Part shown: positions 50,776-60,224 of the stretch, piece by piece
How positions within the stretch are numbered: the first letter of the stretch is position 1
How the letters are laid out: every line of letters starts with the position of its first letter
Origin: a virus
Length of the DNA stretch: 64,000 nt
Reading direction: 5' to 3' (one strand)
IMG/VR virus record: IMGVR_UViG_3300045988_112022
The notes under the pieces: model-generated
The model's input: the letters and a program-made list of their open reading frames with translations, nothing else
What the model was told of the DNA's origin: nothing
The model's database searches: none
Made by a program: the position numbers and the translations under genes

Positions 50776-53700
50776 GTGAAACTATAGATAGCAAAGTCGT
50801 CGAAATGCGGTTTGACAATAAGGACTTCGAGGCAAATACTCGAACCACAATGTCAACCCTCGATAAGCTTAAAGCAAAACTTCATTTTCCAGGAGCCTCC
50901 AAAGGTCTTGAGGAAATAGGGCAGACTGCTAAGAGAGTCGATTTCTCCGGTATGAGTAGCGGTATTCAAACTGTTCAGATGAAATTTTCTGCTCTACAGG
51001 TAATGGGTATCACTGCGCTACAGAACATTACTAATGCCGCGATATCCGCTGGCAAACAGCTTACTGATGCCATCACGATTGATCCGGTGAAAGATGGATT
51101 TGCTGAGTATGAAACCCAGATGAATTCAGTTCAGACCATTCTGGCGAATACCCAGAAAGAGGGTACGAATGTTCAGACTGTCAATAAAGCTTTGGATGAA
51201 TTGAATACATATGCTGATAAAACCATCTACAATTTTACCGAAATGACCCGTAACATTGGTACATTCACTGCAGCTGGTGTAAAACTGGACGCTTCGGTAT
51301 CGGCAATCAAGGGTATTGCCAATCTTGCAGCCGTATCCGGTTCGAATTCTCAGCAGGCCTCTACAGCAATGTATCAGTTATCTCAGGCTTTGGCTGCCGG
51401 TAAAGTTCAGCTCATGGACTGGAATTCAGTCGTTAATGCCGGAATGGGCGGTCAAGTATTTCAGGACGCCCTTATTCGAACCTCCGAGCATTTACAAACT
51501 GGCGCGAAGGCAGCGATTGAAGCCAAAGGATCGTTTAGAGAGTCGTTGCAGGATGAATGGCTTACGACAGAAGTGCTTACTCAGACGCTTGATCAGTTTG
51601 CTACAGCAGCTGATACTCAGGAAGAATATAATGCGGCTGTTAAAAAGTTTGTTGATCAGGGATACACCCAGGAACAGGCGAAAGAGATGGCTGACATGGC
51701 GAAAACAGCAGGTGACGCAGCCACTAAAGTTAAAACTTTTTCCCAGCTCATAGATACTCTGAAAGAGGCATTAGGCTCCGGATGGACAAAAACCTGGCAG
51801 CTTATCATAGGTGACTTTGACGAAGCCAAAGAAGTTTGGACCAAAGTGAGTGATGTACTCGGCGGTTTCATTAATAAAGCTTCCGATGCTCGTAACGCTA
51901 TTGTGGAAGCAGCTATGGGTAATCCGTATAGTAACCTTGCTAAAAATATTCAGAAAGTAACAAGCGCCACAAGTGACTACAAAGACATTGTTGACTCCGT
52001 TATCAAAGGCGATTACGGGAATGGTCAGCCTAGATTCGATAAGCTTACTGCTGAAGGTCATGACTGGGCAAGAGTCCAGAATCTGGTTAATGAGCGGCTT
52101 GGATGTTCCTTCCGATACACCGAAGAACTCACCACTTCACAGGAAGACCTTAATAAAGAGCAGGCAAAGACAATCGATCAAATCCTCAAAATGTCAGACG
52201 CGGAGTTAACGAAAAATGGCCTCACGAAAGAAGACGTGAAGGCTCTTAAAGAACTTCAGAAACAGTCCGAAAAGACAGGAATACCCATCAATGACCTCAT
52301 CAACGATATGGATAAATTGAGTGGTAAAGAATTGCTTCACGGCTCCGTAGCTAACATGGGAAATGCATTAATCAATCTTTTCACCGAAATACATAATGCT
52401 TGGCAGAAAGTGTTTGATCCAGTTTCGGCAATGACGTTATATAACATCATCGCAAGTATGCATGGAGTCACTTCGAAATTCCTGAAATTCACCAAAGATA
52501 ACGGTGATGAGCTTACTAGGACATTGGCTGGCGTATTTGCGGCTCTTGATATTATCAGACAGTGCTTAGGCGGATCGCTCAAATTTTCGATTAAAGCCAT
52601 CAATGCAGTTCTCAGTGTATTCGGTATGAATACGTTGGATCTCACTGCAGATTTGGGCGATTTGCTTGTGAAATTTGATAAATGGCTGAAGAAAACCGAT
52701 CCGTTTACGCAGGGATTTACGAAAGTTGGCGAAGGAATAAAATTCGTAGTTGAGCAGTTCGATAAATTCGTTGCTTTTCTAAATACTATTCCAGAGTTTC
52801 AGGCATTCACTGCAGAATTGAATAGTTTCAAAGAATCTATTAAGGGGTTATCGTTCGAAGACATACAAAAGAATTTTGAAAAGTTCGTATCATATATCGA
52901 AAGTATACTTCCGAAAAGTATGAAAAATGTCGGTAAAAATGTTATTTCCGGATTCAAAAACGGATTGTCTTCTGGTAAAACGGAGATTCCTAAAATATTA
53001 GCCGACATTGGCATACGACTCCTTAAAGCAATCAAGAAAGTGCTTGGAATTCATTCACCATCCAAAGAGATGGAAGCAGTAGGCGAGAACACCCTTTCTG
53101 GTTTGTGGAATGGTCTTATATCAGGAAGAATCAAGATCGTCGATTTCTTTAAAACTCTTGGTTCGGACATGCTTAATGGATTACAAAGCATCGATTGGGA
53201 CAATGTAGTCGCTGGTGGAATCGGAGTCGGACTTGTATGGGGGTTAAAGAAACTTTATGATATCGCAGATAAAGCACTTAGTCCCGCTGAGGGAATCGGA
53301 AAAGTTTTATCTGGAGTAGGAGAAGTAGTTGAGAAATCTGCGGATAAAATCCCCAAAATTCTCAATAACGCTTCTAAAGTTGTAAAAAGTTTCTCCAAAG
53401 TCTTGAAAGCGAAAGCATTTAAAACGCGTATGGAGGGTGTGAAAGATTTAGCTATCTCCATCGCTATTTTGGCCGGATCGTTATGGGTGTTATCGACAAT
53501 AAATACGGACGCACTTCACAATGCAGAAGAAGCTATGCTTATTCTTGGTGGAACTTTAGCAGTTATGACATGGGTTATGGATAAACTTTCGTCAGCGTCT
53601 GCATCTGTTGGAAAAGATGGAATTCAGATCAACGGGTTGAAAACTGGATTAGCTGGTCTTGGTATAGCAGTATTGCTTATAGCCGAGTCAGTTAAGATAC

Positions 53701-56700
53701 TAGGAAAGCTAAACGAAGATGAAATAAATCAGGGGATGGAATGCGCGGGACTTTTGTTGCTTGGAATTACCGGTATTTTATTCATGTACGGAGAGCTCGT
53801 GAAAGGTGAAGCTGCTAAAAATATTGATAAAGCTGGAAAAATGATAAGCAAGATTGGTAAAACCATGTTGCTTATAGTAGGCGTTATCAAGCTATTCAGT
53901 ATGTTATCAGTAGGTGAGGTTGAGAATGGTCTTAATTTCGCAGGCGTATTCTTAGGATTTGTTATTGCGTATTTAGCTATATCGAATCTAGCTGGAGATA
54001 AAATAGACTCTGTTGGCAAAATGGTAAAATCCATAGTAGTTTCCATGGGTCTTATGGTTGGGGTAGTGAAACTTGTGTCTAAACTGGAACCAGGTGAAAT
54101 GGGTAAAGGTGCTGCTTTTGCTGCCGTTTTCGCTGGCTTTGTGTGGTTGCTTGTGAAAATCACAAAATCCAATGAGAAAATAATGGATGGTCTGGGTAAA
54201 TTGTTATTATCAGTGTCTGCGTCGATGCTAATTATGGTTGGAGTAGCGAAACTTGCGGGACAGCTTAGTATGGGCGAAATCGTAAAGGCTATAGCATTCG
54301 CTGGTGCTTTTCTTCTATTCATAAAAGCTCTGAAAAAGATTACGACTGATAGCGGCACTGGCGAAACTGTAAAACTTGCCGGAACCGTACTCGCAGTATC
54401 CGTCGCAATCGGTATTCTTGCCGGAATAGCAGTATTGCTCGGTCTTGTTGATACCAAGCAATTGGTAAAAGGTGTTCTAGCTGTTACTTTACTCGGAGCA
54501 ATCATGACAGCAATGATCTGGGCGACCAGAGGGGCTAATGATGTTAAAGGCAATGTCATCGCTATGGCAGTTGCTATTGGCGTGATGGCGGCCGCAGTTG
54601 CAGCTTTATCCATGATTGATTCAACAAAACTCGCCATTGCGACAGCATGTTTAGGATCTCTCATTGGTATGTTTGCTCTCATAGAGTTAGCTGGAAGTAA
54701 AGCAAAAGGATCTATTGCCATGATAGCCACAATGGTCATAGCAGTTGCAGCTCTTGCCGGAATCCTAGGAGTGATGTCAGCTCTTCAAGTTGAAAATGCT
54801 TTGCCAAATGCTTTGGCATTATCAACCTTACTTTTATCTTTATCCGTATCTATGGCGATTATTGGTAAAGTTGGGACAATAAGCGCTAAAGCATTGATTT
54901 CCGTCGGAGTAATGACACTGGTAGTAGCAGCTCTTGCTGGAATACTATATCTAATACGAGATTTAAACCCAGAATCTTCTATCGGGAATGCAGAAGCGTT
55001 ATCTATGTTACTTTTATCATTGTCTGCATCTTGTGGTATTTTAGCGGCTGTAGGATTAGCTGGGACTGCCGGTTTTGCTGGCATTGGTGTTTTAGCGGCA
55101 TTGATAGCCGCAGTCGGAGCTATCGTAGTCGCTATTGGTGCATTATTTAAAAAAGTTCCCGCGTTGGAAGGTTTCTTGGATAAGGGTATTCCGATACTAC
55201 AGAAGATAGGTTATGCGTTGGGATCATTCCTCGGAAATATTGTAGGAGGATTCACAGAAGGAGCTACATCAGGACTCCCTGGAGTGGGTAAAAACCTCTC
55301 TGACTTCATGAAGAACGCTCAGCCATTTATTGATGGGGCGAAGGGAATCGATTCATCAGTCACGACAGGTATCACTTCATTATGTAAGGCAATTCTTGCC
55401 CTGACCGGAACTGATCTTCTCAATGCAATAGCATCTTTCGTAACAGGCGGAGCATCTTTCGTCAAAATGGGTGAGCAACTTAAACCATTTGGTGAAGCAT
55501 TATCTGATTATGCACAGAGCGTAAAAGGAATTAATGCAAAAGATATCCAGGCATCCGCAAAAGCGACAAAAGCTCTGGTTTCCTTGAACGATGCTCTTCC
55601 GAAGAGTGGCGGTTTCCTTGGTGCGTTGCTGGGAAATAGCGACCTGTCAAATCTTGGCAATCAGCTTAAACCATTCGGTGAAGCGTTATCCGATTATTCG
55701 AATTCAGTAGCTAATGTGAATCCGGATAAAGTAGCCAATGCATCTACGGCGGTAAAAAGCCTTGTTGAAGCTATTAATGCTACGGATTCTGTGAAAGCTA
55801 CAGGCACAAGCACTTTCGTACAAGCTGTCGATACACTTGCGGAAACTAACATCAGTGGATTCGTGTCCGCATTCAAAGGCTCTTCATCAAAGGTGCGGAA
55901 TGTTGGAAGCACATTGACCTCCGCTCTTGCCAGTGGTGTGAAATTGAAATCCAACACACTTTCGGCTACAGCATCCAACATGGCTGAATCTATGAAAAAC
56001 TCCATCGCTTCAAAAGATAAAGAGTTTCAGAAGGTCGGTGTAGCATTGATTTCAGCTCTCGTGATAGGTATTCAGACTCAGGCTAATCAGGCAGTTAACG
56101 CGGCAAACTATGTTGGAGCATCTGCAGCGAACGGCTCTGGTCAAGCTTATACCAGCTTCTATATGAACGGTATCAATCTTGGTAGAGGTCTGGTGCTGGG
56201 TATGAATGCTATGCAGCAATCTGCTTATAATTCCGGTTACGCGCTCGGTCAAGCTGCGGTTAGAGGTGAAAAGGATGGACAGAAATCGCATTCACCTTCT
56301 AAACTCACCATTCAAGCAGGTAAATGGCTCGGCGAGGGTCTGATCATAGGTATGAATGCCATGGAGTCGAAGACATACGGCGCTGGTAAGAGCATGGGCG
56401 AAACAGCTTTCGATTCGATTCGTAGCGCTCTTTCCGGAATGAATGACATCATTGATTCTGATATGGACACTACACCAACCATTCGACCCGTACTAGATCT
56501 CACGAATGTAAAAGCGACCGCTGGGAAACTCAATGGTTTATTTACTGACCCAGCGTTTACCCCGCTGACAAATCTCCGAGCAATCGGTAATATATCAGCA
56601 CGCAACAATCAAAATGGAAATTCCGACGAAGTGGTCAGAGCAATTAACCGACTCGGTAAGAGTCTTAATAATGTCGGAAACACATATAACAGCATCAACA

Positions 56701-56783
56701 GCGTTACTTACGATAATGGTAGCGAAATTTCCAATGCTGTTGAAACACTTGTCAGGGCAGCAACGGTAGGAAGGAGGCGATAA
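50772..56783 (+). CDS. Tail tape measure protein
   Basis: 2003 aa. N-terminal TMP core (MNSVQTILANT..YNFTEMTRNIGTF). A ~600-aa block of repeated hydrophobic helices, plus duplicated QLKPFGEALSDY segments. Confidence 0.9.
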   Translation: MSETIDSKVVEMRFDNKDFEANTRTTMSTLDKLKAKLHFPGASKGLEEIGQTAKRVDFSGMSSGIQTVQMKFSALQVMGITALQNITNAAISAGKQLTDAITIDPVKDGFAEYETQMNSVQTILANTQKEGTNVQTVNKALDELNTYADKTIYNFTEMTRNIGTFTAAGVKLDASVSAIKGIANLAAVSGSNSQQASTAMYQLSQALAAGKVQLMDWNSVVNAGMGGQVFQDALIRTSEHLQTGAKAAIEAKGSFRESLQDEWLTTEVLTQTLDQFATAADTQEEYNAAVKKFVDQGYTQEQAKEMADMAKTAGDAATKVKTFSQLIDTLKEALGSGWTKTWQLIIGDFDEAKEVWTKVSDVLGGFINKASDARNAIVEAAMGNPYSNLAKNIQKVTSATSDYKDIVDSVIKGDYGNGQPRFDKLTAEGHDWARVQNLVNERLGCSFRYTEELTTSQEDLNKEQAKTIDQILKMSDAELTKNGLTKEDVKALKELQKQSEKTGIPINDLINDMDKLSGKELLHGSVANMGNALINLFTEIHNAWQKVFDPVSAMTLYNIIASMHGVTSKFLKFTKDNGDELTRTLAGVFAALDIIRQCLGGSLKFSIKAINAVLSVFGMNTLDLTADLGDLLVKFDKWLKKTDPFTQGFTKVGEGIKFVVEQFDKFVAFLNTIPEFQAFTAELNSFKESIKGLSFEDIQKNFEKFVSYIESILPKSMKNVGKNVISGFKNGLSSGKTEIPKILADIGIRLLKAIKKVLGIHSPSKEMEAVGENTLSGLWNGLISGRIKIVDFFKTLGSDMLNGLQSIDWDNVVAGGIGVGLVWGLKKLYDIADKALSPAEGIGKVLSGVGEVVEKSADKIPKILNNASKVVKSFSKVLKAKAFKTRMEGVKDLAISIAILAGSLWVLSTINTDALHNAEEAMLILGGTLAVMTWVMDKLSSASASVGKDGIQINGLKTGLAGLGIAVLLIAESVKILGKLNEDEINQGMECAGLLLLGITGILFMYGELVKGEAAKNIDKAGKMISKIGKTMLLIVGVIKLFSMLSVGEVENGLNFAGVFLGFVIAYLAISNLAGDKIDSVGKMVKSIVVSMGLMVGVVKLVSKLEPGEMGKGAAFAAVFAGFVWLLVKITKSNEKIMDGLGKLLLSVSASMLIMVGVAKLAGQLSMGEIVKAIAFAGAFLLFIKALKKITTDSGTGETVKLAGTVLAVSVAIGILAGIAVLLGLVDTKQLVKGVLAVTLLGAIMTAMIWATRGANDVKGNVIAMAVAIGVMAAAVAALSMIDSTKLAIATACLGSLIGMFALIELAGSKAKGSIAMIATMVIAVAALAGILGVMSALQVENALPNALALSTLLLSLSVSMAIIGKVGTISAKALISVGVMTLVVAALAGILYLIRDLNPESSIGNAEALSMLLLSLSASCGILAAVGLAGTAGFAGIGVLAALIAAVGAIVVAIGALFKKVPALEGFLDKGIPILQKIGYALGSFLGNIVGGFTEGATSGLPGVGKNLSDFMKNAQPFIDGAKGIDSSVTTGITSLCKAILALTGTDLLNAIASFVTGGASFVKMGEQLKPFGEALSDYAQSVKGINAKDIQASAKATKALVSLNDALPKSGGFLGALLGNSDLSNLGNQLKPFGEALSDYSNSVANVNPDKVANASTAVKSLVEAINATDSVKATGTSTFVQAVDTLAETNISGFVSAFKGSSSKVRNVGSTLTSALASGVKLKSNTLSATASNMAESMKNSIASKDKEFQKVGVALISALVIGIQTQANQAVNAANYVGASAANGSGQAYTSFYMNGINLGRGLVLGMNAMQQSAYNSGYALGQAAVRGEKDGQKSHSPSKLTIQAGKWLGEGLIIGMNAMESKTYGAGKSMGETAFDSIRSALSGMNDIIDSDMDTTPTIRPVLDLTNVKATAGKLNGLFTDPAFTPLTNLRAIGNISARNNQNGNSDEVVRAINRLGKSLNNVGNTYNSINSVTYDNGSEISNAVETLVRAATVGRRR

Positions 56784-56785
56784 TC

Positions 56786-59158
56786 TTGGCAGATGAATTT
56801 ACTGATGGTGGTTCTGGTGAAGGATATTATGTCGTCAGATTTCTAGGCGCGGTAAATATAACCAAGTTTGGACTTCAGACGGGTACCGACAGAACCGTAT
56901 ATGTAACATGGAGTTGGGGCGGAGACCATACGAAAGAATATCATGTTATTTGGTACTACTATACCGGGAACGGAGTAGCTTTCGTAGGCGATGATTCGAC
57001 AACTACTTCAAACCAAAGTAGTTACACAGCACCATCCAATGCAACTTCAGTAAAAGTCAAAATTAGACCAGTATCTGAGACCACTCAGGTAAACGGACAT
57101 GATTCCGTATATTGGTCATCCATGTGGTCTACATTAAAAGGTTACTCCTTCTCACATAACCCTCCAACCAAACCGTCCGCCCCGACAGTGACAATTGAAA
57201 AACAGAAGCTTACCGCTAAGTTAGACAATCTCAGCGTGAATGGCACCCGGATTGAATTCTATGTCGTAAAAAACAATTTAAAGAAGTATAAATCCGGAAA
57301 GGCTGTTATTCATACGAACTCTGCGTCGTGGTCATGCACCGTGGCTAATGGCGCGGAGTATAAAGTAAAATGTCGAGCATGGAGAGGTAATCAATACAGC
57401 GAATGGTCTGAGTATTCATCTAACGCATCGTCCGGACCCGCGACTCCGAAACAAATAAAAACTCTGAAGGCGCTTTCTGATACCGGAGTATTAGTCACAT
57501 GGGTGAAAGTTAGTGGATGTACAAAATACGAAGTGCAGTATGCCACGAATCGAACCTACTTTGACAGTAATCCGGATCAGGTACATTCTCGGACTGTTGA
57601 AAATGTAACACATACCGAAATCACGGGTATCGAAACCGGGTATCAGTATTTTTTCCGATTAAGAGCATACAACAGCAACGATCAGGTTTCTGGCTGGTCG
57701 GCTATTAAATCACTCAAGCTCGGTAAAGCCCCGGGGGCACCTACTACTTGGTCGTCAACAACAACCGCTACAGTAGGAGAGAGTGTTCGGTTATATTGGG
57801 TTCATAATTCTGAAGATAATTCAAGTCAGACTTATGCTCAGTTAGAAACAACCATCAACGGAACGACGAAAACAGAAACTATAAAGAATACAAAAACTGG
57901 CGACAACATTGATGACACAAGCTATAAATCTTTAAGCACAACAGCTTATACCGAGGGAACCACTATTCTATGGAGAATGCGTACAGCAGGCGTAACCGGT
58001 AAATATGGAGCTTGGTCTGTACAAAGAACGATCAATGTATACGCCGTCCCAACCGTGCAGCTCAACGTGACCGATTCGACAGGTTCAGAAGTAACCACTC
58101 TTGAGTCTTTCCCGTTTTATATTAAAGCGGAAACCGCGCCGAACACCCAGTCGGTATTGAGTTACCACGTGTCGATTACATCTACTCAGGCTTATAGTAC
58201 GAGTGATCGCACAGGCACTGAAACAGTAATCAGTAGAGGTCAGGAAGTATATTCCGGATTCTATGAAATGAACAACGATATATTTACTGATGGTGTGCAG
58301 AATCTACTTGTCGAACTGAATGCTGGCAACATTGATCTGGAGAACAACATCACTTATAAAGTGACTTGCACAGCCTCCTTTGATTCAGGATTGACTGCAA
58401 GTGCGGAGTCTGAATTTGATGTGGGATGGACTGAGCAAACTTACGGCATTAATGCGGAAATAGGGTATAACTCAGATACGTATGCTTGCTCTATTAGGGC
58501 ATATTGTGTCGATGAAAAGAATAATCTCATCCCTGGAGTTACACTCGCTATTTACCGGCGTGATTATACCGGTGAATTAATTGAGATAGCCAACGGCTTA
58601 GACAACTCATCATACACATACGTGACCGACCCACATCCGGCTCTTGATTATGGCAGATACCGGATAGTAGCAACTGAAGTGTCAACAGGCGCAATAAGTT
58701 ATTACGATGTTCCGCCATATCCAATAAAAGAGACATCCATAATCATACAGTGGGAGGAAACCTGGGATAATCTTGTAACGGAAGGTCTTAACGAAAGGGA
58801 CATCGTCATGGAGCCATTATGGTCCGGATCACTCGTAAAACTTCCTTATAATATAGATGTTTCGGATAAAAACGGAGTTGATGTCAGTCTTGTCGAATAC
58901 ATAGGGCGAAAACGTCCCGTATCATACTATGGCACTCAGTTGGGTGAAACGTCCTCCTGGAAAACAGAAATCCCAAGATGGGATATTGATACATTGTATG
59001 CATTGCGTAGGCTGGCCGTCTACACTGGTGACGTTTATATCAGGGAACCGTCCGGAACCGGATACTGGGCAAATGTTGCGGTGTCAATCAGTCAGACACA
59101 TTGTGAAGTTAAGATACCTGTATCGTTTGATATAACAAGGGTAGAAGGAGGAATTTAA
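56786..59158 (+). CDS. Distal tail protein-like with an N-terminal fibronectin-III-like array
   Basis: TTG start 8 nt after GGAAGGAGG. Repeated ~90-aa beta-rich units (..YEVQYATNRTYF..FRLRAYN..). C-terminal Sipho_tail-like region. Confidence 0.6.
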   Translation: MADEFTDGGSGEGYYVVRFLGAVNITKFGLQTGTDRTVYVTWSWGGDHTKEYHVIWYYYTGNGVAFVGDDSTTTSNQSSYTAPSNATSVKVKIRPVSETTQVNGHDSVYWSSMWSTLKGYSFSHNPPTKPSAPTVTIEKQKLTAKLDNLSVNGTRIEFYVVKNNLKKYKSGKAVIHTNSASWSCTVANGAEYKVKCRAWRGNQYSEWSEYSSNASSGPATPKQIKTLKALSDTGVLVTWVKVSGCTKYEVQYATNRTYFDSNPDQVHSRTVENVTHTEITGIETGYQYFFRLRAYNSNDQVSGWSAIKSLKLGKAPGAPTTWSSTTTATVGESVRLYWVHNSEDNSSQTYAQLETTINGTTKTETIKNTKTGDNIDDTSYKSLSTTAYTEGTTILWRMRTAGVTGKYGAWSVQRTINVYAVPTVQLNVTDSTGSEVTTLESFPFYIKAETAPNTQSVLSYHVSITSTQAYSTSDRTGTETVISRGQEVYSGFYEMNNDIFTDGVQNLLVELNAGNIDLENNITYKVTCTASFDSGLTASAESEFDVGWTEQTYGINAEIGYNSDTYACSIRAYCVDEKNNLIPGVTLAIYRRDYTGELIEIANGLDNSSYTYVTDPHPALDYGRYRIVATEVSTGAISYYDVPPYPIKETSIIIQWEETWDNLVTEGLNERDIVMEPLWSGSLVKLPYNIDVSDKNGVDVSLVEYIGRKRPVSYYGTQLGETSSWKTEIPRWDIDTLYALRRLAVYTGDVYIREPSGTGYWANVAVSISQTHCEVKIPVSFDITRVEGGI

Positions 59159-59159
59159 C

Positions 59160-60218
59160 ATGCCAGACTGGACCAAGTCTATGGAGCAGACTTTTGAGTA
59201 TTACGTCGTAGACCCTGGGACCTGGTGTGATAAATCCCAGATAAAGGACATAATACAAAGCAGTATTGAATGGGATGCAGACGCTGATACGCTTGGCTCT
59301 GCATCTTTTGACGTAGGTAGTGTGCTTGGTGAATGCTATGTTCGTACATACCTCATAACAATTCAAAATGGAATAAGAGAAAAGTTTCCAATGGGCACTT
59401 TCTTGGTCCAGACCCCAAAATCATCTTTTGATGGTCGGTATCAGAAGGTGTCCATTGATGCTTATACACCATTATTGGAATTGAAGGAAGGCATTCCTCC
59501 TCTAGGATATTCAATTCTGAAAAACGGGAATGTAATGAGTAATGCTTATAAGATTATAAGTGAAAATATGCGAGCACCGGTTATAAAAACCGCAAGCGAT
59601 GATAAACTCTACAACGATTTTGTAGCAAACACCAGTGATACCTGGTTAACCTTTACAAAAGATCTGTTATCAAATGCAAAATACAATCTAGGACTTGATG
59701 AAATAGGCCGTGTTCTTTTCCTTCCGGATCAGGATGCGGCTTCTTTACAACCCGTTTGGACTTACACCGATGATAACAGCTCAATTCTATATCCGGACAT
59801 GAGTGTCGAGCATGATATTTACGGAATCCCGAATGTAGTAGAAGTCTATTATTCAGGAAGTCATGACAACTACTTTGCAAGAGTCGTTAATGATGATCCA
59901 AACAGTCCTACTTCAACAGTTAATCGTGGACGAGAAATTGTTCATAGAGAGACCGATCCGCAATTCTCAGGAGAACCAACAAACCGTCAGGTCAAGGATT
60001 ACGCCACATCTTTATTATCCCAGCTTTCATCAGTTGAATACACAATTTCATATTCGCACGGATATTGCCCGGTTCGTCTGTACGATTGCGTAAGGCTGAA
60101 TTACGAACGAGCTGGGCTAATGGATATTAAAGCAAAAGTCACAAGACAGTCGATTGAGTGTAAACCGGGATGCAAAGTGACTGAAACCGCAGTATTTACA
60201 ACAAATTTATGGAGGTGA
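59160..60218 (+). CDS. Tail/baseplate structural protein
   Basis: GAAGGAGG RBS; 352 aa between the Dit-like and fibre genes. Confidence 0.55.
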   Translation: MPDWTKSMEQTFEYYVVDPGTWCDKSQIKDIIQSSIEWDADADTLGSASFDVGSVLGECYVRTYLITIQNGIREKFPMGTFLVQTPKSSFDGRYQKVSIDAYTPLLELKEGIPPLGYSILKNGNVMSNAYKIISENMRAPVIKTASDDKLYNDFVANTSDTWLTFTKDLLSNAKYNLGLDEIGRVLFLPDQDAASLQPVWTYTDDNSSILYPDMSVEHDIYGIPNVVEVYYSGSHDNYFARVVNDDPNSPTSTVNRGREIVHRETDPQFSGEPTNRQVKDYATSLLSQLSSVEYTISYSHGYCPVRLYDCVRLNYERAGLMDIKAKVTRQSIECKPGCKVTETAVFTTNLWR

Positions 60219-60224
60219 TGTTTC

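Noticed and set aside
51316-51753. 145-aa alternative-frame + strand ORF within the TMP gene
   Set aside because: It has a Pro/Arg/Leu-rich low-complexity translation and no RBS, and it is embedded in the N-terminal conserved TMP core.
53729-54739. 336-aa minus-strand ORF inside the tape measure gene
   Set aside because: It is a shadow ORF of the Ala/Gly/Val/Ile-rich TMP region. It has no RBS, a low-complexity A/T/P/S-rich translation, and is fully embedded in a well-supported + strand gene.
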